Shown piece after piece: positions 28,628 through 39,215 of a DNA stretch of 64,000 nt. Where the stretch lies: assembly GCA_040752415.1 (NCBI GenBank), contig JBFMGU010000020.1:1-64000 (forward strand), written 5' to 3'. The notes below the pieces were generated by a model. That model was not told the DNA's origin. It was given only the letters and a program-made list of their open reading frames with translations, and did not search any database. Numbering within the stretch: the stretch's first letter is position 1; every line of letters begins with the position of its first letter. This stretch comes from Myxococcota bacterium. GTDB lineage: Bacteria; Myxococcota; JACRCW01. The position numbers and the translations under genes were made by a program.

Positions 28628-29316
28628 CACCACGCCTCACCACACTGCACGTCCACCGCGGGCAACAGCGCATCACCGAATATCCGATGCCACGACGTCA
28701 CGAGCTCCGCCGGCAAGGGCGCCACGAGGTTCAGCCGCTGTCCGCTCGTCGGGTGCGTCACTTGCAGGCGCAGGGCGTGCAATTGCAACCGGGTGCAACC
28801 AAAGCGCGCGGCCATGTCGCGGTTGAGAGGACCCTTGCCGTAGTTCGCGTCGCCGATCACGGGGTGGGAGAGGTGATGCAGATGTCGACGCACCTGGTGC
28901 GTGCGACCGGTATGCAACCGCACCGCCACAACGGAGCACCGCGGCTCGACGGAGGTGAGCACTGGGCGCACGTCGCTGATGGCGGGATGCAGGACACCGT
29001 CCTCGTCCTTGAGCGGATGATCCACGTGGACGGGCGCGCGCAGCTGACCACGCACCAGCGCCAGGTAGACCTTGACCGTGTTCTCGTCGACGAGCGCGCG
29101 CTGCCAGGCCGCGGCGTGTTCCGGGCTGCGCGCCAGGACCAGCACCCCGCTGGTACCCCGATCCAAGCGATGCACCGCGTACGCCGCCGCCCCCATGCGC
29201 TGAACCACCGAGACCTCGCGCGGACCAGCCCAGGCGGAGTTGTGCACCAGCATTCCCGCGGGCTTGGCCACCACCCACGCCGTCTCATCCTCCCAGAGGA
29301 TCCGGATTTCCTGCAC
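28627..29316 (-). CDS. RluA-family pseudouridine synthase (TruC-like)
   Basis: KPAGMLVH, HRLDRGTSG (catalytic Asp), TGRTHQVRRH, PVIGDANYG, LQLHA. Confidence 0.92.
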   Translation of the reverse strand: MQEIRILWEDETAWVVAKPAGMLVHNSAWAGPREVSVVQRMGAAAYAVHRLDRGTSGVLVLARSPEHAAAWQRALVDENTVKVYLALVRGQLRAPVHVDHPLKDEDGVLHPAISDVRPVLTSVEPRCSVVAVRLHTGRTHQVRRHLHHLSHPVIGDANYGKGPLNRDMAARFGCTRLQLHALRLQVTHPTSGQRLNLVAPLPAELVTSWHRIFGDALLPAVDVQCGEAW

Positions 29317-29352
29317 CGCGCTATCCTCCCGCCAGCCACCCTGGAGCTCCGG

Positions 29353-31851
29353 ATGAACCGCTGCGTCCTTGTTGCTCTACCCCTGCTGACCGCGCTGCTC
29401 CACCCGTCGCTGGCGTCGGCGCAGACGCTGGTCCGTCAGCCCTACCTGCAACAGGGCACGCCCAATTCCATCGTGATCGTCTGGCGCACCAACGTGGCCA
29501 CGGATTCCCGCGTGCAATACGGCACCGCGCCGGACAGCCTGACGCAAACGGCGAGCAACCCCGCCCAGGTCACGCAGCATGAGGTCACCATCACCGGCCT
29601 CACGCCAGGCACGCGCTACTACTACAACGTGGGCACCACCTCGACGGTGCTCGCCGGCGACGCCACGCACTACTTCGAGACCTCGCCGACGCCCGGCACG
29701 AAGAAGAAGACCCGCCTGTGGGTGGTGGGTGACTCCGGCACCGGCGGAACACGTCAGGCCCAGGTGCGCGACGCCATGCTCGCCGCCGTCGGAAGTGACC
29801 GGCCACACCTCTACCTGCACATGGGTGACATGGCGTACAACGACGGCACCGACAGCGAGTTCACCGACAACTTCTTCGCACCCTACGCCTCCGTCATGCG
29901 CAACACCGTGGTGTGGCCCACCCTTGGCAACCACGAGGGCCACTCGTCGGACTCCGGCACGCAGAGCGGTCCCTACTACCAGGCCTACGTGCTTCCCACC
30001 GGCGGGCAGGCGGGCGGTGTGCCGTCGGGGACGGAGGCGTATTACTCCTTCGACTACGCCAACGTGCACTTCATCGTCCTGGACAGCTACGACTCGCCGC
30101 GCAACGTCGGGGGCGCCATGCTGACGTGGTTGCAGTCGGACCTGGCGGCCACGCAGCAGGACTGGATCGTGGCGTACTGGCATCACCCCGCGTACACCAA
30201 GGGCAGCCACAACTCCGACACCGAGGGCGCGCTCATCGACATGCGCGAGAACGCGCTGCCCATCCTCGAAGCTGCCGGCGTGGACCTGGTGCTGGCCGGC
30301 CACTCGCACATCTATGAGCGGTCCTATCTCATCGACGGAGCGTACGGGACGCCCACCACCGCCACCGGCCACATCCTGGACAACGGCGACGGCAAGCCAG
30401 GCGGCACCGGTCCCTACCGCAAGCAGACCGGACAGAACGCGCACAATGGCGCGGTCTACGTCGTGGCGGGGCATGGCGGCACGGGTGTCTCCGGCGCGGG
30501 CAACCATCCCGTGATGTACTTTTCCGAGGTGGCGCACGGCTCCTGCATCCTGGACGTGCAGGAGAACCGTCTCAGCCTGCTCAACATCCGCTACGACGGC
30601 GTGCAGACCGACCAGTTCACCATCCTCAAGGGCGACGGCCTCGTGGTCGACGCGCCCAACGGCGGCGAGACCTACAACCCCGGCGACAACGTCACCATCC
30701 GCTGGGCCACGGTGGGCGCGGTGTCCAACGTGAACCTGGAGCTCTCGACGGACGGCGGCGCCAACTGGTCCGCCATTGCCAGCAACGTGCAGAACACCGG
30801 TCAGTACGCGTGGACGGTGCCCACCGTGAGCAGCACGCGGGCGCTGGTGCGCGTGGTGAACGCCGCGAATCCGACCATGCGCGACGAGAGCAACGGCACT
30901 TTCCGCATCCAGGGCGGTGGCGGCGGCGGCACGGTGATTCCCTACGGCGCCACGTGGGCCTACCACGACCAGGACGTCGACCACGGCACGGCATGGCTGG
31001 GCGCGGGCTTCAATGACAGCGCGTGGGCCACCGGGCCGGCGCAGCTGGGTTACGGCGAGGGCGACGAGGCCACGGTCCTCAACGACGAGATCATCAACAT
31101 CCCCTCCTACTACTTCCGCAAGAGCATCACGCTGGCCGCGCCGGTGGAGGCCGCCACCCTCAAGGTCATCCACGACGACGGCGTCATCGTGTGGATCAAC
31201 GGCCAGGAGGTCTTCTCGAGATACGCGGGCAACGGCACCGGCCACGCGGCGTACGCGGACAGCACCGCCGACGACAACGAGCTGAGCACCACCACGCTGG
31301 ACCTGACCATCAATCCGTTCACGCTCGGCAGCAACGTGGTGGCGGTGATGGTGAAGCAGGTGAGCGTCTCCTCGTCGGACCTGTCCTTTGACCTGGAGCT
31401 GCAGGTCACGCTCGGCACGCCACCCGCTCCCGACGCCGGTGTTGCCGACGCATCCGCGCCCCGCCCCGACGCCGCCACGCCTGCTCCCGACGGAGGGACG
31501 CCCCGCCCGGATGCCGCGGTGACGCCGGACGCTTCCCCCACTCCGCCGCGCGACGCGGGGGCCCGCTCCGACGCCGCGCCCACCCGCACCGACGCAGCGA
31601 TGGGGCGCGACGTCTTGACGGATGGCCCGGGTGACGACGCGGGGAATGTGGTGGTGGAGAAGGACGGTGGTATCACCGGCGCGGGCGGAGATGAGGCGCC
31701 CGGGGAGGGCACGTCGGCGGGCAACTGCGCGTGCGCCACCACGTCCCGCTGGCCTGCGGGAGCGGTGTGGTCGTTGGCGCTGCTGGTGCGTCGTTCACGC
31801 CGTGCGTCGCGTACGCCGTCCGCAGCGAGCTCCGCCGCCCCTGCGCCCTGA
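29353..31851 (+). CDS. Secreted purple acid phosphatase-like metallophosphoesterase with FN3/Ig domains and MYXO-CTERM-like tail
   Basis: GDSG, GDMAY, GNHE, HHP, GHSH motifs. RQPYLQ start. DAG-rich linker and NCAC..hydrophobic..RR. Confidence 0.88.
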   Translation: MNRCVLVALPLLTALLHPSLASAQTLVRQPYLQQGTPNSIVIVWRTNVATDSRVQYGTAPDSLTQTASNPAQVTQHEVTITGLTPGTRYYYNVGTTSTVLAGDATHYFETSPTPGTKKKTRLWVVGDSGTGGTRQAQVRDAMLAAVGSDRPHLYLHMGDMAYNDGTDSEFTDNFFAPYASVMRNTVVWPTLGNHEGHSSDSGTQSGPYYQAYVLPTGGQAGGVPSGTEAYYSFDYANVHFIVLDSYDSPRNVGGAMLTWLQSDLAATQQDWIVAYWHHPAYTKGSHNSDTEGALIDMRENALPILEAAGVDLVLAGHSHIYERSYLIDGAYGTPTTATGHILDNGDGKPGGTGPYRKQTGQNAHNGAVYVVAGHGGTGVSGAGNHPVMYFSEVAHGSCILDVQENRLSLLNIRYDGVQTDQFTILKGDGLVVDAPNGGETYNPGDNVTIRWATVGAVSNVNLELSTDGGANWSAIASNVQNTGQYAWTVPTVSSTRALVRVVNAANPTMRDESNGTFRIQGGGGGGTVIPYGATWAYHDQDVDHGTAWLGAGFNDSAWATGPAQLGYGEGDEATVLNDEIINIPSYYFRKSITLAAPVEAATLKVIHDDGVIVWINGQEVFSRYAGNGTGHAAYADSTADDNELSTTTLDLTINPFTLGSNVVAVMVKQVSVSSSDLSFDLELQVTLGTPPAPDAGVADASAPRPDAATPAPDGGTPRPDAAVTPDASPTPPRDAGARSDAAPTRTDAAMGRDVLTDGPGDDAGNVVVEKDGGITGAGGDEAPGEGTSAGNCACATTSRWPAGAVWSLALLVRRSRRASRTPSAASSAAPAP

Positions 31852-32162
31852 CGCCGCCACCCTTCGTTGCGCTTCGGCTTCCTTCAACACGTCCCTCAGC
31901 TCCTTGCGACGGGTCGCGGGATGGAGCGCCACTGGCCACGTGACCAGGCCCAAGCTGATGCTGCCTTTCCACACCGCGCGCAGGCTTCCGCTCCCGTGAT
32001 GGCGTCCCCGTCGCTGACCGCGCTCCGCCCGGGGGCAACAGATCCACGTGGCAACCCTTCGGAATCCAAATCCCGCGGGGATCATCCAAGGCTCTTTTGA
32101 CCGTTGTTGCCGGCGCGCCGTGCCACGCGATACCTGCTCGTGGGGGGCCATGAGGGACCTGC

Positions 32163-33440
32163 TTGGCTGACCATCCTGCTCCACCCCTGAAGATCTCCGA
32201 GCGCGCCGTGGTGTTCCTCGTCGCGGCGGTGCAGTTCACCAACATCCTGGACTTCATGATGGTGATGCCGCTGGGGCCGGACTTCGCCGTGGCGCTGGGC
32301 ATCCCCGCCTCCAAGCTCGGCATGATCGGCGGCAGCTACACGCTCGCGGCGGCGGTCTCCGGCGTGGTGTGCTCGTTCTTCCTGGACCGGTTTGATCGTC
32401 GCAAGGCGTTGGCGGTGACCATGCTGGGCCTGGCGGTGGGGACCGCGGCGGGTGGTCTGGCGCAGGGATTGGGCAGCCTGATGCTGGCGCGCGTGGTGGC
32501 GGGCGCGTTTGGGGGACCGGCCACGTCGCTGGCGTTGTCCATTGTGGCGGACGTGGTCCCGCCGCAACGTCGCGGGAAGGCCATGGGGGCGGTGATGGGC
32601 GCGTTCAGCGTGGCCAGCGTGCTGGGAGTACCCGCGGGCCTCAAGCTGGCGACCATGGGAACCTGGCGCACGCCGTTCTTCGTGGTGGCGGCGGTGGGGC
32701 TCTTGATCACGCTGCTGGGCGTGTTCCTGCTCCCGCCGCTGCGACTGCACCTGGAGGCACGCGCGCGTGCGGGCACGGTGAAGGACCTGCCGCTGCGGGA
32801 GCTGCTGTCCCGTCCGTTGGTGCAACTGAGCTACCTGACCGGAGCGCTGACGATGATGAGCGGATTCATCCTCATCCCCAACATCAGCGCGTACGTGCAG
32901 TTCAACCTGGGCTACCCGCGCGACCACCTCGACGAGCTGTACATGTACGGCGGCATCATCAGCTTCCTGACCATGCGCATGGCGGGGAGCCTGGTGGACC
33001 GTTTCGGTTCCGCGCGGGTGATGGCGGGGGCCACGGTTCCGTACGTGGCGGTGGTGTACGCGGGCTTCATGACGACGACACAGGCGGTGCCCGTGCTGGC
33101 GGTGTTCATCCTGTTCATGGGCGTGATGAGCTTCCGGAATGTCAGCTACAACACGCTGGCCTCCCGCGTGCCCAACCCCGCCGAGCGCGCGCGGTTCATG
33201 TCCATCCAGTCCGCGGTGCAGCACCTGGCGTCGGCCACGGGGGCTTTTGCGTCGGCACAGATGCTGGTGGAGAACCCGGACCACACGCTGAACGGGATGC
33301 ACGCGGTGGCACTGACGTCGGTGGCCATGTCGTTGGCGTTGGCGCCGATGCAGTACCTGGTGGAGAACCGCGTGCGCACGCGGGATGCCAAGGCGGTTCT
33401 GTCCGCCCCGGTGGCGACGGCGGAGTCGGCGCACGCGTGA
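32163..33440 (+). CDS. MFS transporter
   Basis: About 12 hydrophobic helices, DRFDRRK and DRFGS loop motifs, NILDFMMVMPLGP. Confidence 0.9.
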   Translation: MADHPAPPLKISERAVVFLVAAVQFTNILDFMMVMPLGPDFAVALGIPASKLGMIGGSYTLAAAVSGVVCSFFLDRFDRRKALAVTMLGLAVGTAAGGLAQGLGSLMLARVVAGAFGGPATSLALSIVADVVPPQRRGKAMGAVMGAFSVASVLGVPAGLKLATMGTWRTPFFVVAAVGLLITLLGVFLLPPLRLHLEARARAGTVKDLPLRELLSRPLVQLSYLTGALTMMSGFILIPNISAYVQFNLGYPRDHLDELYMYGGIISFLTMRMAGSLVDRFGSARVMAGATVPYVAVVYAGFMTTTQAVPVLAVFILFMGVMSFRNVSYNTLASRVPNPAERARFMSIQSAVQHLASATGAFASAQMLVENPDHTLNGMHAVALTSVAMSLALAPMQYLVENRVRTRDAKAVLSAPVATAESAHA

Positions 33441-33623
33441 GGGCGTGGTGACGGGCTCCGAGGTCAACCGCGCAAAGGACCGCGAGGGGTTCGCGGTGGG
33501 GGTTGGTGGTCCGCATTCTGGACGCGGTGCCCTGACCGTCGCGCTCTCGACGACGCCTTGCGTCCGCGCGAAGCGGCCCTATGCTGCCGCGCGCCATTCC
33601 CGACCTTCCACAGGAGCGTTTCC

Positions 33624-34262
33624 ATGATGCGTCACGTTTCGTCGTTTGCGGTTGTTGTCATGCTGGCCAGCACCGGACTTGCCTGGGCCCAGGAGAAGCG
33701 GCCAGCCAGTCCGCAGGGAACCGCGGCGGCCGTCGTCGGGGGCAAGTGGAGTGAGCCGGACAAGAGCGGGGAGCGCTCCTACTCGGGCGGCAAATGGATC
33801 GAGGTCACCTATGGCCGTCCCATCCTGCGGGGCCGCGCCAACATCTTTGGCAGCGGCGCCGACTACGGGAAGACGGTGCTGGCCGGCGCTAAGGTGTGGC
33901 GCGCGGGAGCCAACGCCACCACGCGGCTGACCACGGAAGCGCCGCTCATGATCGGCGGCAAGCGGGTGGAGCCCGGGACCTACAGCGTCTTCGTCGAGCT
34001 CAAGGAAGGCGCGTGGACGCTGATTGTCTCCACGCAGCCCGCCGCGGAGCGCTACGACCCGAACGACAAGACGAAGATCTGGGGCTCCTACGGTTATGAC
34101 CCCAAGTTCGACGTCGTGCGCGTGCCCATGCAGATGGAGACGCTGCCGCACGCCGTGGAGCAGTTCACCATCTCCTTCGTGGATATGACCGAGGGCGGCG
34201 GGAAGCTGATGCTGGCGTGGGAGAAGACCGGCGCCACCGTGCCCTTCACGCTGGCGAAGTAG
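33624..34262 (+). CDS. DUF2911 domain protein (secreted)
   Basis: Signal peptide, ASP, IEVTYGRP..RGR.IFG, VWRAGANATT, PGTYS+F, LAWEKT. Confidence 0.85.
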   Translation: MMRHVSSFAVVVMLASTGLAWAQEKRPASPQGTAAAVVGGKWSEPDKSGERSYSGGKWIEVTYGRPILRGRANIFGSGADYGKTVLAGAKVWRAGANATTRLTTEAPLMIGGKRVEPGTYSVFVELKEGAWTLIVSTQPAAERYDPNDKTKIWGSYGYDPKFDVVRVPMQMETLPHAVEQFTISFVDMTEGGGKLMLAWEKTGATVPFTLAK

Positions 34263-34333
34263 CTGCAGTCCTCGAGGGGGGGACGCCGGGCAACCCGGGG
34301 GTCACACCGCACGGTCACGACGAGGCGACGCCG

Positions 34334-35026
34334 TCAGCGGCAGTTCAGTCGCGCTCCGAACACCAGCTTCTGGCCATTGCCCTGCACGCGGAAGGTGTAG
34401 GAGCCGGCGCCGCCGTTTCCGTCGTTGGGATTCCAGTTGTAGTGGTAGTTGCAGCTCTGTCCCGCGTGGTTCATCGCCGCCTGGTGCACGAACCCGTTCG
34501 GTCCCTGGATCTCCAGCGTGGCGTCGTCACCGAAGTCACCGCGCACGCTCACCGGGATGTGGCCGTTGGCCTTGCACAGGTTGTTGTTCCCCACGATGTT
34601 CCCGAAAGGCCGCGCGCCCGCACACACGTTGCACTGCACCTCCACGGACACCGGCGTGGCGCACACGCTCTTGGGCAGCCGCCCCTGGGCCCCGCTCTGC
34701 TCGAAGCACACCTGCACCACGTGGCTTCCGTTGGCGAGCGAGAGCTCCAAGGCGTAGTTGGCGGTCTTGATCCGCCCGTTGTGCACGAAGTCCTGCGGCT
34801 GGATGGTGCCCATCTGCACCGGGCTTCCACCGTCCACCGCAACCCGGATCACCGCCGAGTCCGCGGACCCGGTGGTCTCCAGGATCCCGGAGATTCCCAC
34901 CACGCCTGACTGCAGGCTGGTGCACTCCACCGGGGACGCCTCCGCCGTGGCGGTCAGTCGCGTCCCCAGGTCGCCGCTGCCAAGGCTCGCGCCCATGCAT
35001 AGCGACGCGGCCACCAGAACCCCCAC
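34334..35026 (-). CDS. Hypothetical secreted Cys-containing protein
   Basis: Good codon usage, N-terminal hydrophobic stretch, paired Cys, Ig-like beta composition. Start uncertain. Confidence 0.65.
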   Translation of the reverse strand: MGVLVAASLCMGASLGSGDLGTRLTATAEASPVECTSLQSGVVGISGILETTGSADSAVIRVAVDGGSPVQMGTIQPQDFVHNGRIKTANYALELSLANGSHVVQVCFEQSGAQGRLPKSVCATPVSVEVQCNVCAGARPFGNIVGNNNLCKANGHIPVSVRGDFGDDATLEIQGPNGFVHQAAMNHAGQSCNYHYNWNPNDGNGGAGSYTFRVQGNGQKLVFGARLNCR

Positions 35027-35424
35027 CTCTGTCTCCCGTTCCCGTTCATCCTTCCTCCCGAAGCTGTAGCCTCAGCACCTTGACCGATGTCGCTTCCGCC
35101 GCGCAATGAAGTTGTTTGGCTCCCGACGTGGTGGGAGGTGGGTGCGCCGGCTTGCCTACATGCCGCCCGAGGCACCGCGCGGCCGACGTTCCACGACGGG
35201 TGGGGGCGTCCGGAGAAGGCTTGCGGTCGTACTCCGTCGGGACCCGAGAGGGGCCTGCTCGTCCTTAGCCTGGCTTAGGGGAACACCGAGGCGGCGACTA
35301 CCTCACGCCGCGCCGCTTGCGGTTGTCATGGTGCGGGTGTCTCAGCGCCCGAGATTTCACTCTCCGCCGTCGTCGTGGAAACACCCTCCATCGCTGTCAG
35401 GCGTCGCGGGACGGACGCGCCGAC

Positions 35425-35751
35425 TCACTCCGGTTCCATGGTGCAGCGCAGCGGGTAGCCGTTGGCCTGCGCGAAATCGCTGACCTGCATGACCTTGGCC
35501 TCCGCCACCTCGTAGGTGAACACGCCGCACACGCCGGAGCCGCGGTGGTGCACCTCCAGCATGATCTGCGTGGCCTCAGTCTGCGTCTTGCGGAAGAACT
35601 TCACCAGCACCAGGACCACGAAGTCCATGGCGGTGTAGTCGTCATTGTGCAGGATGACCTTGTACTTCCGCGGCTTCTTCAGCCGGGTCCGTTCCTCGAC
35701 GACAAGGTCGCCTGCCGGGTTGCCCTTGGTTTCATCCGGAGCTTTGGCCAT
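35425..35751 (-). CDS. clpS: ATP-dependent Clp protease adaptor ClpS
   Basis: YKVILHNDDYTAMDFVV, IMLEVHHRG..VCGVFTYEVAE, YPLRCTMEPE. Confidence 0.95.
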   Translation of the reverse strand: MAKAPDETKGNPAGDLVVEERTRLKKPRKYKVILHNDDYTAMDFVVLVLVKFFRKTQTEATQIMLEVHHRGSGVCGVFTYEVAEAKVMQVSDFAQANGYPLRCTMEPE

Positions 35752-35960
35752 GGCTGCTGCGAGACCTTCCCCGAAGGGGTCCGGGGACTCTACACCACAG
35801 GGTGCGGCGCCGGTCATCTCCGACGCTGCCTGACCTGGCAAGTCGCGCGGACCTGACCACGGACATGGCGGGCGGGGTTCCCCGTCGAGGAATTGATGGA
35901 CCCACGACGTGGCGGTTGTGCCCTGGCGCGCGCCACCCCCCTTGTGGGGCTCATCAGGCC

Positions 35961-36150
35961 ATGCGTCGAAACGCTCACGCTCTCTTCGTGCTCGCCGCGC
36001 TGTGGCGGGCTGCAACAACAAGACCCCGGCCCCGGCAACGCCCGCGCCCCAGGCCGCTCCTGCTCCTGCGTCCGTCGTGGTGGACCCGGCCGAGCTCGCG
36101 CTCTTCCAGCCGCGGCCGGACGCCATGCCCGACACCGCCTACCCGTCTCA
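35961..36150 (+). pseudogene. Frameshifted, truncated lipoprotein 5' fragment, possibly a cytochrome c peroxidase remnant
   Basis: MRRNAHALFVLAAL in one frame continues as VAGCNNKTPAP..VDPAELALFQPRPDAMPD in another. It ends at the convergent patatin stop. Confidence 0.4.
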
Positions 36151-37308
36151 CCCCGCCGCGCGCACCTCGCGCAGGTGGGGACGCCCGTGCAGGAACTGCA
36201 AGAGCTCGCGCCGGCGCCGCATGGTGTCGTCGTAACCCAGCGCCAGCAGGCGCATGGTGTAGCGCGGCTCGAACGCCAGGTAGCTGATCAGCTCCCAGCC
36301 CTTCTCCGCCTCCGCGCCAATCCCCTTGAGCAGGTGGCGCAGCATGGCGGGGAAGCGGCGGAACGCGTCGCGCGCCAACGTGCCCAGGTCCTGGCTCGGT
36401 CGCAGGTAGAGCACCGGGACGCGACGCAGCGGATGACGCAGGCGCGTGCGCTGCTCCGCCGTCATGATCGAGAGCGTCCCGTTGATGCGCTCCATGCGCT
36501 CCACGTCGGACTCCAGCGCGTCCAGGAAGACCGCGTTGAGCAGCACGCCGGCAATGTCCGCCGGGGAGGCCACGGCTTCCAACGTGGGACCCACGATGGT
36601 GCGACGCGCGTGACGGATGCCCACCGCCAGCACGCGGTCCGCGCCGAGGTGGATGGCCGGGCTGAGCGGCGCGGTGAGACGAACGCAACCATCCCCCAGC
36701 CACGCGCCGTCCACGCGCACCGGCGGGAAGAAGAGCGGAATGGCCGACGACGCCATGAGGTGGTCCACGGTGAGCGCGGCGCGTGTGCCGTGGCGACCGC
36801 TGCGTCGCCAGCCGGGAATGTCCGCGGCTCCGTCGTAGAACGTGATGGCTTCGCCGGTGGCGTAGTCCGTGGCGGAGACCGCGGCGCCGCGCAACACGCC
36901 GCTGCGCAGGTTCTCCGCGAGCGCGTCCGGGTGGAACTCCTCCTGCACCAGCTTCCGCAGCGGCGCGGTGTCCAGGAGGTGGTTGATCTGTCCGCCGCCC
37001 CACAGCCCGCCCAGGCTCAGGTCGCGCATCCAGCGCGTGCCAATGGAGGCCAGGCTGGCCACGTCGGTGCGGTAGACGTGGTCCGGCTCAATGGTCTGCC
37101 ACCGTCGCCACAGGCGCTCCACGCCCGCCGGGAAGTTGTTGGCCTGCGTCCCCATGAAGATGGCGTTCAGCGCGCCGGCCGAGACGCCGGTGACCACGTT
37201 GAACGGGCTCACCGCGGCGCCGGTCAGCTCCGCCACCGCCTTCAACACACCCGCCTGGTACGCGCCCCGCGCTCCGCCACCGCTCAGCACCAGCCCCAGG
37301 TTGGTCAT
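36148..37308 (-). CDS. Patatin-like phospholipase
   Basis: LSGGGARGAYQ, GVSAG nucleophile elbow, ASSAIP, DGC. Confidence 0.92.
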   Translation of the reverse strand: MTNLGLVLSGGGARGAYQAGVLKAVAELTGAAVSPFNVVTGVSAGALNAIFMGTQANNFPAGVERLWRRWQTIEPDHVYRTDVASLASIGTRWMRDLSLGGLWGGGQINHLLDTAPLRKLVQEEFHPDALAENLRSGVLRGAAVSATDYATGEAITFYDGAADIPGWRRSGRHGTRAALTVDHLMASSAIPLFFPPVRVDGAWLGDGCVRLTAPLSPAIHLGADRVLAVGIRHARRTIVGPTLEAVASPADIAGVLLNAVFLDALESDVERMERINGTLSIMTAEQRTRLRHPLRRVPVLYLRPSQDLGTLARDAFRRFPAMLRHLLKGIGAEAEKGWELISYLAFEPRYTMRLLALGYDDTMRRRRELLQFLHGRPHLREVRAAG

Positions 37309-38522
37309 GGTCCGCCTCCGTCGCGGTGGGAGTCGCAAGCCGCGTTCCACGTCGAGGAACGGACACCGTCGTCGTCACCGTCAACGCGCGTCTCCGCAAA
37401 CGTTGCCGCGCCTGCGCGGCCTCCCGGCATGCGCTGCGCGCGGTTCTCCCGACGTCACGGCTCCCCCGAGGAGAAGGGGCCTGGCACGCGGATGGCAATG
37501 GTGCTCCGCAGCAACGGCGGCTCATGGTGGGCCGTCGGACGACGCGGGCCTCGTCGCCGTCATCGCGGTTGGGTGACGGCGGCAGGCAGGAACCTTGGAC
37601 GGGTCGGGTGCCGGCAAGGAGGCAACCACTTCACACGCGGAAGGTACGTCGGGAGCCAGGTGAGGGTGGCCAAGGCTGAGGACGGCACGGGGCGCGAAAA
37701 TCGTCCCGTCCGCGGCGAAGCAGACCCGAAGGAGGACGAAGCCCACGAGGGACACGGCCATCATGACGTCGGAGAATGGGAGACGGCATGACCCGGCCCA
37801 TCACGCGGAGCAAGGCCCTGGAGGCGGACACGAGCCAACGTCACGCGGGTGGATGCCCAGGACGTTGACACGCGGAAACGACAGGAGGGCAACGGCGGTC
37901 GACGAGACCGCACGGCTGCGGAATGGGTGACATCCCTGGCGGGCGGTCAGGAGGAAGCAGCGGAAGGAGCAACGGCAGCGGTGATCGTGGGCCAACGTTG
38001 TCCTGCAGGATGATCGAGGCCGCGGCGCCCACGCCCGACGAGGGCGGGCCGCCAGAAGCTGCGGAAGGCCTGGCCAGGGTCCGGACCACACGGTGTGGCC
38101 ACGGACCACGGAAGCGCTGGAGGAGACGGACCGACGGGACAGAAGGCAGGAACAGGCCGCATGCCAACAGCGTTGCCCGGCGCAAGTCCAAGAGGACGGC
38201 CGGGCGGTACGGTCGCTGCCGTCCCGCGCAGGAACGCCGGTCCCCTTCAACAACGCTTCCGGAACCGCGTCCGTCGGACGGCCCACCATGAGCCGCCGGG
38301 CGTCTTCCTTGCGCCCCACGGCAATGTCCGCGGCCACTCCCGGCAATCACTGCACATTCCGGAGGATCCACGAAACGGCTTCGGCCCCGGTACCGCCAGG
38401 GCGCGTGACGACGTTGGCGCGGCAGCATCACCGTGCCGGCGACACCCGGAGCGGGGGCGGGTCGACAGCAAGGGTTGCGCGGGATGCGCGCCTGGGCGCG
38501 GGCTTTTCCGACGGGACGGCGC

Positions 38523-38537
38523 TGGCACCGTCGTTGC
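38523..38537 (+). promoter_or_regulatory. Sigma54 promoter
   Basis: TGGCAC-CGTCG-TTGC matches the -24/-12 consensus, 30 nt upstream of the ATG at 38568 (GGAGG RBS). Confidence 0.7.
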
Positions 38538-38567
38538 GTGATGCGTTCATCCCGGAGGGAGGCCAGC

Positions 38568-39212
38568 ATGTTCCCATCGGTGCGTTGTCCCCTGCTCACC
38601 ACCGCGCTGCGTGACCCCACGGGCCAGCCGCGCACGGTGATGGAGGTGGTCTGTCCACGTCACGCTCGACCGGTACCCCTGGCCCAAGCCGCGTTGTGCC
38701 CCGTGTTCGAGCGCGTGTCCGTGGATGCGCACGGCGGTGCGGTCCTGGTGTGTCGCCCCGGTGAGTTGGGGCCCCTGCCGACCGAAGCCGACCATCCGCC
38801 CTCCACGCACGACACCGCCGAGGCGCTGCTCCGCCCGGCGGTGTGCATCCCGCCCGGCTCACGCCCCTCGGAGATCGAGGCGTTGCTGCGCGACCACGGC
38901 GTGCACGAGGCGCTGGTGGTGAACCGTGAGGGCCGCGTGCTGGGCGTGGTGGGCTTGATGGAGGTGGCGCGCGCGCAGATGTCGGGCGGCGGGGCGTGGA
39001 GCGACCTGGCGCGACCGCTGCAGGTCTCGGTCTCGCCCACCACGGAGCTGACGCGGATCAGCGAGGTGTTGCACCGCACGGGGAGGAGCTGGGTGGCGGT
39101 GCTGCGCGACGGCCTGGTGCAGGGCGCGGTGTGGCGGCAGGACCTGGTGCGCTGGATGGGGTGCCTCACGCCGGCACGCACGCTGCACGATCATCCCGCC
39201 TCAGGGAGGTGA
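38568..39212 (+). CDS. CBS domain protein with Cys-rich N-terminal region
   Basis: ALVVNREGRVLGVV and VAVLRDGLVQGAV..DL CBS-like pair. N-terminal CP..CP..C. Confidence 0.65.
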   Translation: MFPSVRCPLLTTALRDPTGQPRTVMEVVCPRHARPVPLAQAALCPVFERVSVDAHGGAVLVCRPGELGPLPTEADHPPSTHDTAEALLRPAVCIPPGSRPSEIEALLRDHGVHEALVVNREGRVLGVVGLMEVARAQMSGGGAWSDLARPLQVSVSPTTELTRISEVLHRTGRSWVAVLRDGLVQGAVWRQDLVRWMGCLTPARTLHDHPASGR

Positions 39213-39215
39213 GAG

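Noticed and set aside
28687..29352. Long N-terminal extensions in the ORF track (e.g. 28687 for the phosphatase, 7934, 14656, 63680)
   Set aside because: They overlap neighbouring genes or lack an RBS. Downstream starts give proper signal peptides or coupled junctions.
35230..35330. Possible riboswitch (c-di-GMP/c-di-AMP) upstream of the secreted protein gene
   Set aside because: Only short hairpins (e.g. TTAGCC-T-GGCTTA). The conserved aptamer motifs were not found.
5873..35751. clpP and clpS as a linked proteolysis locus
   Set aside because: They are about 29 kb apart with unrelated genes in between, and there is no clpX/clpA in the window.
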